The notes under the pieces were generated by a model. That model was not told where the DNA came from. It worked only from the letters and a program-made list of their open reading frames with translations, and ran no database searches. A stretch of 32,000 nucleotides of DNA from Candidatus Saccharimonadota bacterium (GTDB lineage: Bacteria > Pseudomonadota > Alphaproteobacteria > Rickettsiales > Anaplasmataceae), in assembly GCF_013365475.1 (NCBI RefSeq), contig NZ_CP046579.1, positions 420,001 to 452,000 of the forward strand, written 5' to 3'. Shown piece after piece: positions 31,700 to 32,000 of this stretch. Numbering within the stretch: position 1 is the stretch's first letter; the number at the start of each line of letters is the position of its first letter. Made by a program: the position numbers and the translations under genes.

Positions 31700-32000
31700 T
31701 TTGCTATATAGCTACTAAATATTTCGCTTAAAGTCTTATTCTTCATAATTTCACCAGGTTTCCCTTGGTAATATATAATATGGTTTATACAAACTATGTA
31801 ATCTGAACATGGCACTATGGATCCTAAATCATGAGATGTCATGAGGATTGAAATCGATCTTTTTTTTGCTATTTTATCTATGATATCGTAGAACTTGGCT
31901 CGAGCATTAATGTCCATTGCACTAACTGGTTCATCTAAGATAATCAAATCTGGTTCTGCGATTAAGCATCGTGCAAGTAATAATAGTTGTGTCTGCCCTG
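31696..32000 (-). CDS. znuC: Zinc/manganese-type ABC transporter ATP-binding protein, C-terminal part (gene continues past the window end)
   Basis: The track starts this ORF at an internal TTG (31947). My translation stays open to position 32000: GQTQLLLLARCLIAEPDLIILDEPVSAMD (signature tail plus Walker B), then MTSHDLGSIVPCSDYIVCINHIIYYQGKPGEI, typical of ZnuC-like ATPases. Confidence 0.8.
   Translation of the reverse strand, partial: GQTQLLLLARCLIAEPDLIILDEPVSAMDINARAKFYDIIDKIAKKRSISILMTSHDLGSIVPCSDYIVCINHIIYYQGKPGEIMKNKTLSEIFSSYIAK

Overview
The window is AT-rich, and its gene content and protein sequences look like the chromosome of a reduced obligate intracellular Rickettsiales bacterium. 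It resembles Anaplasmataceae, specifically Wolbachia, but that assignment rests on my recollection of protein similarity, not a search. I support 25 intact-looking housekeeping CDS: sucA (partial), surE, ligA, folB, fused folK-folP, folA, petC, petB, grxD, bolA-like, malic enzyme, pgsA, bamD, yebC, an M23 peptidase, malonyl-CoA decarboxylase, lepA, ispG, murB, hemC, secD, pyrE, ubiB and znuC-like (partial), plus one unassignable secreted-looking ORF. Two of these (sucA at the 5-prime edge, the full extent of znuC at the 3-prime edge) are missing or truncated in the ORF track because they run off the window. Several track ORFs carry spurious 5-prime extensions from TTG or GTG codons. I found no rRNA, tRNA, CRISPR array, IS element, prophage, secretion-system or toxin-antitoxin genes. 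The main non-ordinary feature is erosion: by my tally about 9.0 kb (about 28%) of the window lies outside intact genes. This includes a clearly recognisable, multiply disrupted uvrB pseudogene (about 8270..9899, minus) and six ORF-free spacers of 0.5-1.5 kb whose origin I could not identify by eye. They sit next to gene pairs that overlap by 1-10 nt. I did not find a convincing novel multi-gene system. The best leads are loss of uvrB, the intact compact folB-folKP-folA operon in a decaying neighbourhood, an orphan malonyl-CoA decarboxylase, a lysine-rich signal-peptide protein apparently co-transcribed with ispG, and the unexplained gene-sized spacers, which could be relic genes or ncRNA loci. 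All of these need database searches that I cannot run.
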